Source: a virus (lineage: Duplodnaviria; Heunggongvirae; Uroviricota; Caudoviricetes). From it: a DNA stretch of 64,000 nt. The DNA lies in the IMG/VR virus record IMGVR_UViG_3300020576_001396, positions 1 to 64,000 of that record. The stretch is one strand, 5' to 3'. Below, one piece after another: positions 29,107 through 38,144 of the stretch; position 1 is the first letter of the stretch; every line of letters starts with the position of its first letter. Both the position numbers and the translations under genes were made by a program. The notes beneath the pieces were generated by a model, which saw only the letters and a program-made list of their open reading frames with translations, was not told the origin of the DNA and did not search any database.

Positions 29107-29679
29107 ATGATAGTCACTATAGATACAGATAAGATGTTTAAATTAGGTATAACACCTGATGAATACACTTTACTGCAACTTATACAGAATAGAGCCTTAG
29201 TAAGTGCTGCGAAGCTAATACAAAAGGTTCCAACACTAACATCTTCTACTTTAGAAAAATTAGTTGACAAACGACTAATACATAATACTAATCAGGATGG
29301 TAAAATGGATGTAACACGTATCATGTTGCGTAACACATTCGTCGGAGAGGTCAAAAAAGATGATCTCTTCGAAGAACTGTTACTTGAATATCCAGGTAAG
29401 GTTGTAAGACCTGACGGTACCAATGACTATTTAAAGACAGACTTAACCAAATGTCGTAAACTATATATCCAACTAATAAAGAAGGATGAAGTTTTACATA
29501 AACAAATTATGGACTGCTTGAAACTTGAAGTTCGCGAACGTAATAGAACCAATAAAATGGGCTATATGAAGCGGTTACCTAAGTGGCTACTCTCTGAAGA
29601 GTGGAAGACTTGGCAACAACAACTTGGAGAATCAGATGTCGAGACAATTGATTTAGGTTATGGACTTAAACTAGAATAA
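29107..29679 (+). CDS. Hypothetical protein
   Basis: 190 aa ORF. Confidence 0.5.
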   Translation: MIVTIDTDKMFKLGITPDEYTLLQLIQNRALVSAAKLIQKVPTLTSSTLEKLVDKRLIHNTNQDGKMDVTRIMLRNTFVGEVKKDDLFEELLLEYPGKVVRPDGTNDYLKTDLTKCRKLYIQLIKKDEVLHKQIMDCLKLEVRERNRTNKMGYMKRLPKWLLSEEWKTWQQQLGESDVETIDLGYGLKLE

Positions 29680-30645
29680 ATGGTACTACCTTATATTCAC
29701 ATCGCAGATGCAGCTGATGAGATTATATCCTACATGGACAAACGTCGAGTAGGGAAAATAAGATCCCTTAAGACTAAGTGGGAGAGATTTAATAACCAGT
29801 GTATGGGCGGAATTGAACCTAATTCAATTTATACATTTGCTGGTATAAGCGGTAGCGGTAAGTCTTCATTTCTAAATACATTAGAGTCAGATTTGTTCGA
29901 GTGCAATCCCGAAACAGATTTCGTGATATTATCATTTAACTTTGAGATGTTATCTAGTAGACAGGTTGGTAGGAAACTATCTAACAAGTTGAACAAGACA
30001 ACCCAGGAGTTATATAGTGGTTTATCACAAGAGACTTTCAATGATGAAGATATGAAGAATGCTCAGCGTGAAGTTGAGAAAATTAAGAAGCTACCAATTT
30101 ATTATATTGACCTACCTGGTACAGTCGACGAGATTCGTGAAACTATCCTGGCATTTTCTAAGTTAGATTTTGTTAGGAATAAGTGGTTAATCATCACCCT
30201 GGACCACACCCTTTTAACTAAGGGTAAATCAGGAGAAAAAGAACGAGAAATTTTAGCCAATCTTCAATATATGTTCATGGAGATTAAAAAGTTTGCTAAG
30301 AACACAGTTATTCAATTAAGTCAGATGAATAGAGAGATAGAAAGTACGGATAGGCTTAGCAACCCATCAATGCACTTTCCAACTCGTAGAGACATATTCG
30401 GTGGAGAAAGTGTCTTTCAAGCATCTGATTACGTAATTGTACTACATCGACCTGAGCTCCTACTCCTAAAGGTGTATGGACCCGCGGGCTGGCCTGTCGC
30501 CAATCGTGTATATATGCATTTCCTAAAGAACAGGGAAGGAGAGCTTAAAGTGCTTACCTTTACCAACGACTTAAAGTACAATCGCATTGTTGACTATGAT
30601 CCATCTTCAGCAAATCCTGTTAATCTTCAACTTTTCAATTATTAA
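29680..30645 (+). CDS. Replicative helicase candidate (SF4, DnaB/T7-gp4-like RecA-fold ATPase)
   Basis: 321 aa. Walker A FAGISGSGKSSFLNT, Walker B LIITLDH. Sits between the polymerase and the primase. Confidence 0.65.
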   Translation: MVLPYIHIADAADEIISYMDKRRVGKIRSLKTKWERFNNQCMGGIEPNSIYTFAGISGSGKSSFLNTLESDLFECNPETDFVILSFNFEMLSSRQVGRKLSNKLNKTTQELYSGLSQETFNDEDMKNAQREVEKIKKLPIYYIDLPGTVDEIRETILAFSKLDFVRNKWLIITLDHTLLTKGKSGEKEREILANLQYMFMEIKKFAKNTVIQLSQMNREIESTDRLSNPSMHFPTRRDIFGGESVFQASDYVIVLHRPELLLLKVYGPAGWPVANRVYMHFLKNREGELKVLTFTNDLKYNRIVDYDPSSANPVNLQLFNY

Positions 30646-30662
30646 CATTAAACTTTAGACTT

Positions 30663-31241
30663 ATGTTACCTTACGCACGCAGAATCGTTTTCGAACCTGA
30701 ATTCAGACTTCCAAACTACTCTTACGAGGCACTTTACGTGAAGAAAGAAGAGAAACTCATCAACAACAAAGGTGAATTCTTTGTACATCTCGACGAAAAG
30801 ACACCGTACCTGAAAGAACTTGTTCGTCAGGCACAGAACCTCAACCTTACTGTTTCCGGTGATGGTACAGCACCTGTCAAAGGTGGTGATATCACTGAAG
30901 CAAGAAAAGGCGACCTTATTTCTTTCGGTTCAAGTTCACGTTTCGACATGAACTGGATCAAAAGAGACCAGTACGCTTGTAAAAAAGGTGTTACACCTGT
31001 TTACGAAGCAACAAAAGACTGGAACAAGATCGAGAAAGCTCTGAAACAGTTCGCTGATCAGAAGAGAACGATCAATACCGTAGACGGTACACGTATCAAT
31101 TTCCACAGCCGTTTCATGATGGTTGACGGAAGGTGTATACCTTATACAAACAACCAGGTTGCAGTTCTTCTCCCGGCAGTAGCCTTGAGAGATCTTGTAA
31201 ACCAGTACGAAATCGAAGTTAGGATTATCCGTAACTTCTAA
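30663..31241 (+). CDS. Hypothetical protein, probably highly expressed
   Basis: 192 aa. Strong NNC-codon bias. Followed by a strong terminator. Confidence 0.55.
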   Translation: MLPYARRIVFEPEFRLPNYSYEALYVKKEEKLINNKGEFFVHLDEKTPYLKELVRQAQNLNLTVSGDGTAPVKGGDITEARKGDLISFGSSSRFDMNWIKRDQYACKKGVTPVYEATKDWNKIEKALKQFADQKRTINTVDGTRINFHSRFMMVDGRCIPYTNNQVAVLLPAVALRDLVNQYEIEVRIIRNF

Positions 31242-31249
31242 TTGTACAA

Positions 31250-31277
31250 GGGGGGTGCTTGCACCCCCCTTATTTTT
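31250..31277 (+). terminator. Rho-independent terminator, GTGCTTGCAC-core family
   Basis: GGGGGGTGCTTGCACCCCCC followed by TTATTTTT. Confidence 0.65.
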
Positions 31278-31410
31278 AAATAATGTTGCTCTTAATTGAG
31301 TAGGAAAACATGGATGGGTATCGTAACCTTAGGGTTATAGATGACTAAGCACGGTAGAGAAAGACCTCGTGACAACATTATTTATTTTTAATTATTCATA
31401 AAAGTGATTT

Positions 31411-32121
31411 ATGGCCAATAAAGTTTTAATTATGGGTCACCCTGGTAGTGGTAAAACATCATCAGCACGTGACCTCGACCCTAAATCAACTTTTATTATA
31501 TGCCCTGACGAAAAGGCACTCCCTTTTAAAGGATGGAAGAATAATTACAAAACCACTTACGATGATAAAGGCAAACTCGATCTTTCGAATACAAACCTCT
31601 ATCACACCACTAATCCCCAAGTTGTCAAACAGCTTTTAAAAGCTATCTCTGAAGGTAAACCTGAGACTAAAGTAGTATTAATTGATACTATCACGTCTCT
31701 GATGATTTCAGAGGTAATGAAACGTATGGGCGAGAAAGGCTTTGAGAAATTCAATGACTTTGCCGCTGATACGTATCAGATTATAAAAATGATTGATGGA
31801 CTTCGCGCAGACCTTACAGTTATTGTCGTAGCACATGTCGAAGAGAATTACGATGCGGAGGGATCACTTAGAGTATCATTTATGGTACCTGGTGGTAAAC
31901 TCTTAAAGGAGAAAATAAAAGTTGACGGAATGTTTACTACTGTGCTCTACACTGAAGTAGAGGTAAAAGACAGTAAACCTAGTTACTATTTTCTTACGCA
32001 AAATAATGGAAAAAATAGTTGTAAGTCCCCAGAAGGCATGTTCAGTGAGATGAGAATTCCTAACGATCTTAAATTCGTTTTGAACCGTATTAAGGAATAT
32101 GATGAAGGTGACGACAATTAA
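31411..32121 (+). CDS. AAA_24 / Sak4-like RecA-fold ATPase
   Basis: 236 aa. Walker A IMGHPGSGKTSSA, LIDTITSL, Walker B-like VIVVAHVEE. Confidence 0.65.
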   Translation: MANKVLIMGHPGSGKTSSARDLDPKSTFIICPDEKALPFKGWKNNYKTTYDDKGKLDLSNTNLYHTTNPQVVKQLLKAISEGKPETKVVLIDTITSLMISEVMKRMGEKGFEKFNDFAADTYQIIKMIDGLRADLTVIVVAHVEENYDAEGSLRVSFMVPGGKLLKEKIKVDGMFTTVLYTEVEVKDSKPSYYFLTQNNGKNSCKSPEGMFSEMRIPNDLKFVLNRIKEYDEGDDN

Positions 32122-32141
32122 TAACTGATAATATTACGAGT

Positions 32142-32795
32142 ATGTTATATACTATAACCCCCGATATACAGAAAAAAGATGTAAGTAATCGGTATATGTC
32201 GACTGGAATTCACAATGATTGTGAACTAGTCTCCATAGAATATAAAAAAACAGATAAAGGTAGTGAGCTTATAGCCTTCTATTTTGAAAATGCTTTTCAA
32301 GAAAAGCTTAATCATACAGAATGGCGTGTAATGCCTACTAAAGATATCAACACAATGGGAGAAGCTGAATCTAAGATATACCTTAGTTTAGTAACTGCCC
32401 AGATTAGGCGTATCAATGCTATAGCAACCACATTCATCTCGGAAGAGGCGTTCAGAAAAGTTAAAGGTAATACCTTTGAAGAGTTCTGTACTAACGTGAT
32501 TGCAGCTATTGGTGAATCCTATAAAGGTGTAAAGGTTCGTATTAAAGTAGTTTACGATAAACGTAACTTTACCGCACTTCCATCGTATACCAATTACGAA
32601 TGGATTGAACTCATGACTGTCCCTGTTGAAGATTCTAAAATTAAGATTCTTCCTAAAGACAAGATGACCAAATCCGCACCTAAGAATTTAGCAGGTGCTG
32701 ACGAAAAAGAGAATGAAATAGAAATTGAATCCATCACTGTTAAAGAAACTACTATAAACGTAGCGCCTCAAACAGAAGATGATTTACCCTTCTAA
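32142..32795 (+). CDS. Hypothetical protein
   Basis: 217 aa ORF followed by a terminator. Confidence 0.5.
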   Translation: MLYTITPDIQKKDVSNRYMSTGIHNDCELVSIEYKKTDKGSELIAFYFENAFQEKLNHTEWRVMPTKDINTMGEAESKIYLSLVTAQIRRINAIATTFISEEAFRKVKGNTFEEFCTNVIAAIGESYKGVKVRIKVVYDKRNFTALPSYTNYEWIELMTVPVEDSKIKILPKDKMTKSAPKNLAGADEKENEIEIESITVKETTINVAPQTEDDLPF

Positions 32796-32851
32796 TCATA
32801 TAATGCCTAGTAAAGCCTCTTCCAGTAGGAACGTAACTAGGTAAGTGAAAC

Positions 32852-32878
32852 GGGGCTCGAAAGGGCCCCTTTTTATTT
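32852..32878 (+). terminator. Rho-independent terminator
   Basis: GGGGCTC-gaaa-GGGCCCC followed by TTTTTATTT. Confidence 0.55.
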
Positions 32879-32894
32879 ACTAATCAAAATCAAA

Positions 32895-33278
32895 ATGAAA
32901 AAAGTAATAACAGGTTTTTATAATACAGAAATACTAACAAAAACAAAACAAAAAGCTTTTATGGAAGAAGCTATCTTTTTAAGTTATAAAACTATCGTAG
33001 AATCAAAATACGTTAGAGAGAGTTCAAGAACGACAGAGCCTGATATAAGTATTAAAAAAGCTCTAAAAATATGTCACTCTTTAAAAGCTGTAGATAGAAG
33101 TATACAATTTGGAATGTTAGAACCTTATGGAGAAGTAAGTTTAATTACAACTTACTTTAAACATCCTACTATAAAAGATACTATCTATAATGACAAGGGA
33201 TGGCTACTACTATATTGTTATTTAACAATTGAAAATCTTGATAAACTTGCAAAGAAATATAATTTAATTAAAACCTAA
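32895..33278 (+). CDS. Hypothetical protein
   Basis: 127 aa. Start context AATCAAAATCAAAATG. Confidence 0.45.
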   Translation: MKKVITGFYNTEILTKTKQKAFMEEAIFLSYKTIVESKYVRESSRTTEPDISIKKALKICHSLKAVDRSIQFGMLEPYGEVSLITTYFKHPTIKDTIYNDKGWLLLYCYLTIENLDKLAKKYNLIKT

Positions 33279-33289
33279 ATCAAAATAGA

Positions 33290-34291
33290 ATGTCTAAAAA
33301 AAGAATATTTAATGAAGAATCTCTGAAACGTTTTATTAAACGTGACTCTCGTTCTTTACTCGAAATTGCTGAGTATTTCAACGTAACTCCAAAAGAGATA
33401 AACAAGTTGTTACTTACAATGAAAGAAAATAAATACAACATACTTGAAGATTCTAGTCCTATGATTGCATTAGGTACTGATATGAATACCGGTGTTGTAA
33501 CTCATCCGTTTGATCCACGTATGTGGCAGGGAGATACTCTTAAATTTGGATTCTCTTCAGATAATCACATGTGTAACAATAATAGCAGGGAGGATGTAAA
33601 TAATCTTCTGTATGATATTTTTGCATCTGAAGGAATTGAAGTTGTATATAACGGAGGTAATTGGATTGATGGAGAACATCATTTCAATAAAAATGAAATT
33701 TTTATACGTGGATGTACTAATCAATTAAAGTACTGTGCGAAAAACTATCCTTATCGTAAGGGTATTATAACGAAATTTATAGCTGGAGACGATCATGAAG
33801 GTTGGTATGTCCAGCGTGAAGGTATTAATGTGGGTGAATATCTTGTAAAGCACCGTAGAGATTTAGGTATGAATGACCTTGAATATCTCGGATACGGTGA
33901 AGCAGATATTTTACTTAATGAACCTGATCAAAAACACGAAAGTTGGTTAAGAGTATTACATCCTGGAGGAGGTTCAGCTTATGCATTATCGTACACAATG
34001 CAGAAATTAGTTGAAAGTTACCAAGGAGGAGAAAAGCCAACAATTATATTAGCAGGACATTACCATAAACTTGATTATTCTTTTCCTCGTGAAGTACATG
34101 CCATCCAGTTGGGTACTACTTGTGATCAAACATTGTTCATGAGAAAGAAAAAGATACAAGCCATGGTTGGTGGTGGAATCGTGGAAGCACGTAGAGCCGC
34201 TGATGGTAGTATTAATCGAGTAAAAGTAGAATTTATTACTTTCTACGATAAGTCTTTCTATATTGGTAAAGATAAATACTTTAAAGGATAA
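33290..34291 (+). CDS. Calcineurin-like metallophosphoesterase (Mre11/SbcD-like nuclease)
   Basis: 333 aa. Motifs FSSDNH, AGDDHEGW and AGHYHKLD match the DxH / GDxxD / GNH(D/E) / GHxH phosphoesterase signature order. Confidence 0.7.
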   Translation: MSKKRIFNEESLKRFIKRDSRSLLEIAEYFNVTPKEINKLLLTMKENKYNILEDSSPMIALGTDMNTGVVTHPFDPRMWQGDTLKFGFSSDNHMCNNNSREDVNNLLYDIFASEGIEVVYNGGNWIDGEHHFNKNEIFIRGCTNQLKYCAKNYPYRKGIITKFIAGDDHEGWYVQREGINVGEYLVKHRRDLGMNDLEYLGYGEADILLNEPDQKHESWLRVLHPGGGSAYALSYTMQKLVESYQGGEKPTIILAGHYHKLDYSFPREVHAIQLGTTCDQTLFMRKKKIQAMVGGGIVEARRAADGSINRVKVEFITFYDKSFYIGKDKYFKG

Positions 34292-35352
34292 TGATATATG
34301 ATGTAGCATTTGCAGTAGACTCAGCAACAGATTTGCGTAAAGCAATACTAAACAGTGTCACTGAATATGAAATCTACAGTTATTACCTGGGGCATGCCTT
34401 TCAAATAGGCGTGCCTTTCAGGTCCCCCTTCCATAAAGATGATAAACCTTCTTTTGGAGTCTTTCAATCACGATACTATAATGGACTACTTCATAAAGAC
34501 TTAGCCGATATTAGATTCATGGGAGATTGTTTCTCTTTAGTAGAGCAACTACACACAGGTTATACCTACAGTGACGCTATACACAGAGTACATCGTGATT
34601 TAGCTTGTGGTAATCTCAAGCCTTATCTTTGTTTTATGGATAAAAAACCAACAGAAAAGAATACCAAACTACGTAAGCTTATTCAGTATGAACCTAAGTT
34701 TCTACTCTCAGACTTTGAAAGAAAGTACTGGGAAGAGATAGGGATTACAGAAAATTGGTTGAAGTTCTTTAATGTTCACACAGCTTACCGTTTATTCGTA
34801 GAAGATACGGAGACATGGTTAAGTAGTGCAGAGAATCCTATTTTTATTTATAAAGTATTTGATAAGATTAAAGCTTACAGACCTTTAGAAGAGAACAAAT
34901 CTAAGAAATGGATTTCTAACTGTTCTAGATACGACATACAAGGATGGGAACAATTACCATCAATTAACGAAACAGATACTATTATCATAACTAAAGCGTT
35001 AAAAGATGTCATGGTTCTCAGAACACTAGGATATCTTGCTATTGCACCACCAGCAGAATCAGTAATGATACCTGCTACAGCCATGAAAATGTTATACGAA
35101 CAGTATGGTATACGTAAGTTTATCATATTGTACGATCGTGATCATGGGGGTATGATGGGAGCAAAGAAGATGTTCACAGCCTATCGAGGAACTTATAATA
35201 TCACATTTAAGTTCATAGGTAGAGGATTCCCTAAAGACGTTTCAGCGTTTAGAAGGGAGTTTAACGAAAATATTACTAAACGTTACTTAACTAATTTATT
35301 TAACTATGTGCCCAATGCGAAGCTCAGTGTACTTTCAGCCAATGCAGCATAG
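34291..35352 (+). CDS. DnaG-type DNA primase (zinc-binding-like N-terminus plus Toprim domain)
   Basis: 353 aa. FRSPFHKDDKPSFGV resembles the DnaG CPFH.EKTPSF motif. Toprim ...E...ILYDRDHGG (DxD). Confidence 0.65.
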   Translation: MIYDVAFAVDSATDLRKAILNSVTEYEIYSYYLGHAFQIGVPFRSPFHKDDKPSFGVFQSRYYNGLLHKDLADIRFMGDCFSLVEQLHTGYTYSDAIHRVHRDLACGNLKPYLCFMDKKPTEKNTKLRKLIQYEPKFLLSDFERKYWEEIGITENWLKFFNVHTAYRLFVEDTETWLSSAENPIFIYKVFDKIKAYRPLEENKSKKWISNCSRYDIQGWEQLPSINETDTIIITKALKDVMVLRTLGYLAIAPPAESVMIPATAMKMLYEQYGIRKFIILYDRDHGGMMGAKKMFTAYRGTYNITFKFIGRGFPKDVSAFRREFNENITKRYLTNLFNYVPNAKLSVLSANAA

Positions 35353-36226
35353 ACCATTGCCTGATATACGTAAATATGCTCTTGTTACTAATCAACAGAG
35401 TGAGTTCTACGCAGTCGTAAAACCTGGAGGTATAGATGTTTACATCAATAGCGGAAAGATATACGATATGAATCATAATGAATTGCAAAACGAATATCTT
35501 GCATTTCATTTTGAGAAACTATTAAAAGTTTCATTGGATAACAAACTTACTGCACTTGGAACATTAGTAAGTCCTGACCTAACAAGTCTCTTACAGTGTC
35601 GCCATGCTCTTTACAATAAAACAAAATCTCCGTTTACGAGTTTAAAGTTTATTGTATATGACGTAGTATTTCCTGTATTCAATACAGATCATATCTATAA
35701 ATGGAGATATGATATTGCAAACAAAGTTGTAGGTTCATTACCTAATTGCGGTACCGCATCCAAAGGTACTGTAAAAGACGAAATCGAGCTACAAAAATTC
35801 GTAGCTGAGATATTCAGTATAGACAGTTCTACTACCATTCTTGTATACAAGTTGGAAGGAGAGTTTGTTCCTGGACCATCTCAACTCTATTATGATGACG
35901 TTGAAACAGTGTCATATAAGATAGAGGCAAATCAGAGATATCGCGCTCATATTAAAAGAGTAGTATCAACTACTGTGCGACTTGAAAATGGTGATAAAAC
36001 AGAGGTAGCCCTCATGATTATAGCACGTTTCAAAAAAGAAAACATTGAAATTCCCATTAATCAGAGTAATCGAGTACTTTGTAAATTTATATGGGATAAT
36101 CGTCATTCACTAAAAGACAGTTCTTTTTGGTTTACTGGATACACAATACAGGACCGTAGAGATAATAATATAGTATATATAACTATCATTAATGAATTTT
36201 TATCTTTTATACATAATATAACTTAG
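35342..36226 (+). CDS. Hypothetical protein. A weak ligase/nucleotidyltransferase-like pattern is not asserted. Start chosen at the internal Met to limit overlap with the primase gene.
   Basis: About 294 aa. VVKPGGIDVYINSGKIY and KLEGEFV faintly recall ligase motifs I and IV. Confidence 0.4.
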   Translation: MQHRPLPDIRKYALVTNQQSEFYAVVKPGGIDVYINSGKIYDMNHNELQNEYLAFHFEKLLKVSLDNKLTALGTLVSPDLTSLLQCRHALYNKTKSPFTSLKFIVYDVVFPVFNTDHIYKWRYDIANKVVGSLPNCGTASKGTVKDEIELQKFVAEIFSIDSSTTILVYKLEGEFVPGPSQLYYDDVETVSYKIEANQRYRAHIKRVVSTTVRLENGDKTEVALMIIARFKKENIEIPINQSNRVLCKFIWDNRHSLKDSSFWFTGYTIQDRRDNNIVYITIINEFLSFIHNIT

Positions 36227-36227
36227 T

Positions 36228-38144
36228 ATGGCAACTACTGTTAAATTTGAAGAAACAAAATTCGTAAATGAGTTATTTCCTATTAAAAAGGATAAAGAAT
36301 GTACTGTGGTATTTAAACCTACAGGTCTTATAAGTACTTCAAATCTTCGTAATTATTTTTCTACAAGAAAATATATAACAACATCTCAATTAGACATGCT
36401 TGATTATATGTTTGGAAATAACTCTCATATAGAGACTAATCCAGTAATTGACCTTGAAGATGAAGACTTTAATTGTATACCAGATAAACCTGTTTTTAAT
36501 GTACCTGGTGAAGCAAGATTAAAAATATCTACTACAGGAAAAGATGAAAACGTACTCGCATTTAATTGGATACGTTACGAATTTCCAAAATCAATTACCG
36601 TTTTAAATAATTTTATTAATTTCATTTATTACAACGACGGAGTATTCTATGGAATCCAACTACAAGAGTTTTGTTCCATGTTAAAAAGTCTTGGTTACGA
36701 TAAAAGTAAACAATCTTATGATCACAATACTTTAAAAGAATTGTATAATGAATTCAATAGTGATACCTATCACTCTGAAGGAGAAGAAATACTCGAAAGT
36801 TTTAATCTTAAATCTAAAAAGATTACACTTTCTAAGATTCTAATATCGTTACTACCAGATTTGGATATGGGTAAAATCGTTGAAATATCTGATTTTATTA
36901 ATTCAGAAATGCTTTCTTCCAACAAAAATAAGGATGAAATATCAAAAAACATTTTTGAGTTAAAAGGGGAATTGATTACGTATTTCTACAATTCAAAGAA
37001 TTATTATTACAAAGAAGACGGTTCGTTAGGTGGTAGCTGTATGAGACACGACAGTACTACAGAACAGATTCGATTCTATGCCAATAATCCTGACCATGTT
37101 TCTCTACTTTCTTTAATTGAAGATAAGAAACTATTAGCACGAGCTGTGCTTTGGGAAGGTGTTGATGGAATAAAATTCTCTGATCGTATATACTGTGCTT
37201 CTTCGAAGCATGGTGTAAAGCTTGCAGCTTATTGTAAAGCTAAGGGATATCTCACAATCCATAGTACAACTAGTTCAGAGTATGGTATACCACTCTCTCA
37301 TAACTGTATAGTTAAATTAAACACGATTGAATTAAAAGCAGGTACAGGACCTTACTTAGATAGTATGGCCTATATAGATGTTATTAATAAATATCTATCG
37401 CCTGATTTTAAGTATATATCTAACTATCTGGAAAGCACAAATTTAAATTATGTTGTAAAAAGCGTTAATTATATAGGTGGTATAGGTATGTATACTGATG
37501 CGGAACATAAATTTCGCTGTAACAACAGTAAGAAATTAAAGTTTTTAAAAGACTCTTATGGCAGTGATATTATGGGTAGTCTATATAAGTATGCTATCAT
37601 TAAAAAACCTAAACTTTCCATTGTTGATCGTAAACTTATAATTACAATCAATGAGAATGAACGTACTGATGCAGAATGGTGTGAAAATACTCTAATAAAG
37701 AAATACAATTCCATAGTTCCTACTCTTTTAGTAAACAAAAACATAAAAACTTCCCATCTCTATAGGTATGTAATACACTACTATGATAAACAATTCGTTG
37801 TGTATTCTACGTATCATAAAATGCACATATTGAAAAGAGACAGTGAGTACGTATCTTCGATACGCTCTTATGTACTAAAAGATATTATAAAATCTAATAG
37901 TTTTCAATCCTTTATAAAGGTAGCTATATACAAAAGAATGTATGGTGGAAAACTTGTCCGGATAACTCCAGAATACCTAAATGAACTTAAATCTCAATTA
38001 GCTATTCTTCCTTTCAAAGAATCTCTTATGGACATACGTAAATCAAGAGTTTACAATATATCTATTAAGAATATTCATTGTGATGGTGTAACAATCAAGG
38101 GTATCAAAATACCTTTTAAACATCTAAGATTTGTTAAAAAATGA
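36228..38144 (+). CDS. Large hypothetical protein (638 aa)
   Basis: Long AT-rich ORF, N/K/Y-rich. Confidence 0.6.
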   Translation: MATTVKFEETKFVNELFPIKKDKECTVVFKPTGLISTSNLRNYFSTRKYITTSQLDMLDYMFGNNSHIETNPVIDLEDEDFNCIPDKPVFNVPGEARLKISTTGKDENVLAFNWIRYEFPKSITVLNNFINFIYYNDGVFYGIQLQEFCSMLKSLGYDKSKQSYDHNTLKELYNEFNSDTYHSEGEEILESFNLKSKKITLSKILISLLPDLDMGKIVEISDFINSEMLSSNKNKDEISKNIFELKGELITYFYNSKNYYYKEDGSLGGSCMRHDSTTEQIRFYANNPDHVSLLSLIEDKKLLARAVLWEGVDGIKFSDRIYCASSKHGVKLAAYCKAKGYLTIHSTTSSEYGIPLSHNCIVKLNTIELKAGTGPYLDSMAYIDVINKYLSPDFKYISNYLESTNLNYVVKSVNYIGGIGMYTDAEHKFRCNNSKKLKFLKDSYGSDIMGSLYKYAIIKKPKLSIVDRKLIITINENERTDAEWCENTLIKKYNSIVPTLLVNKNIKTSHLYRYVIHYYDKQFVVYSTYHKMHILKRDSEYVSSIRSYVLKDIIKSNSFQSFIKVAIYKRMYGGKLVRITPEYLNELKSQLAILPFKESLMDIRKSRVYNISIKNIHCDGVTIKGIKIPFKHLRFVKK

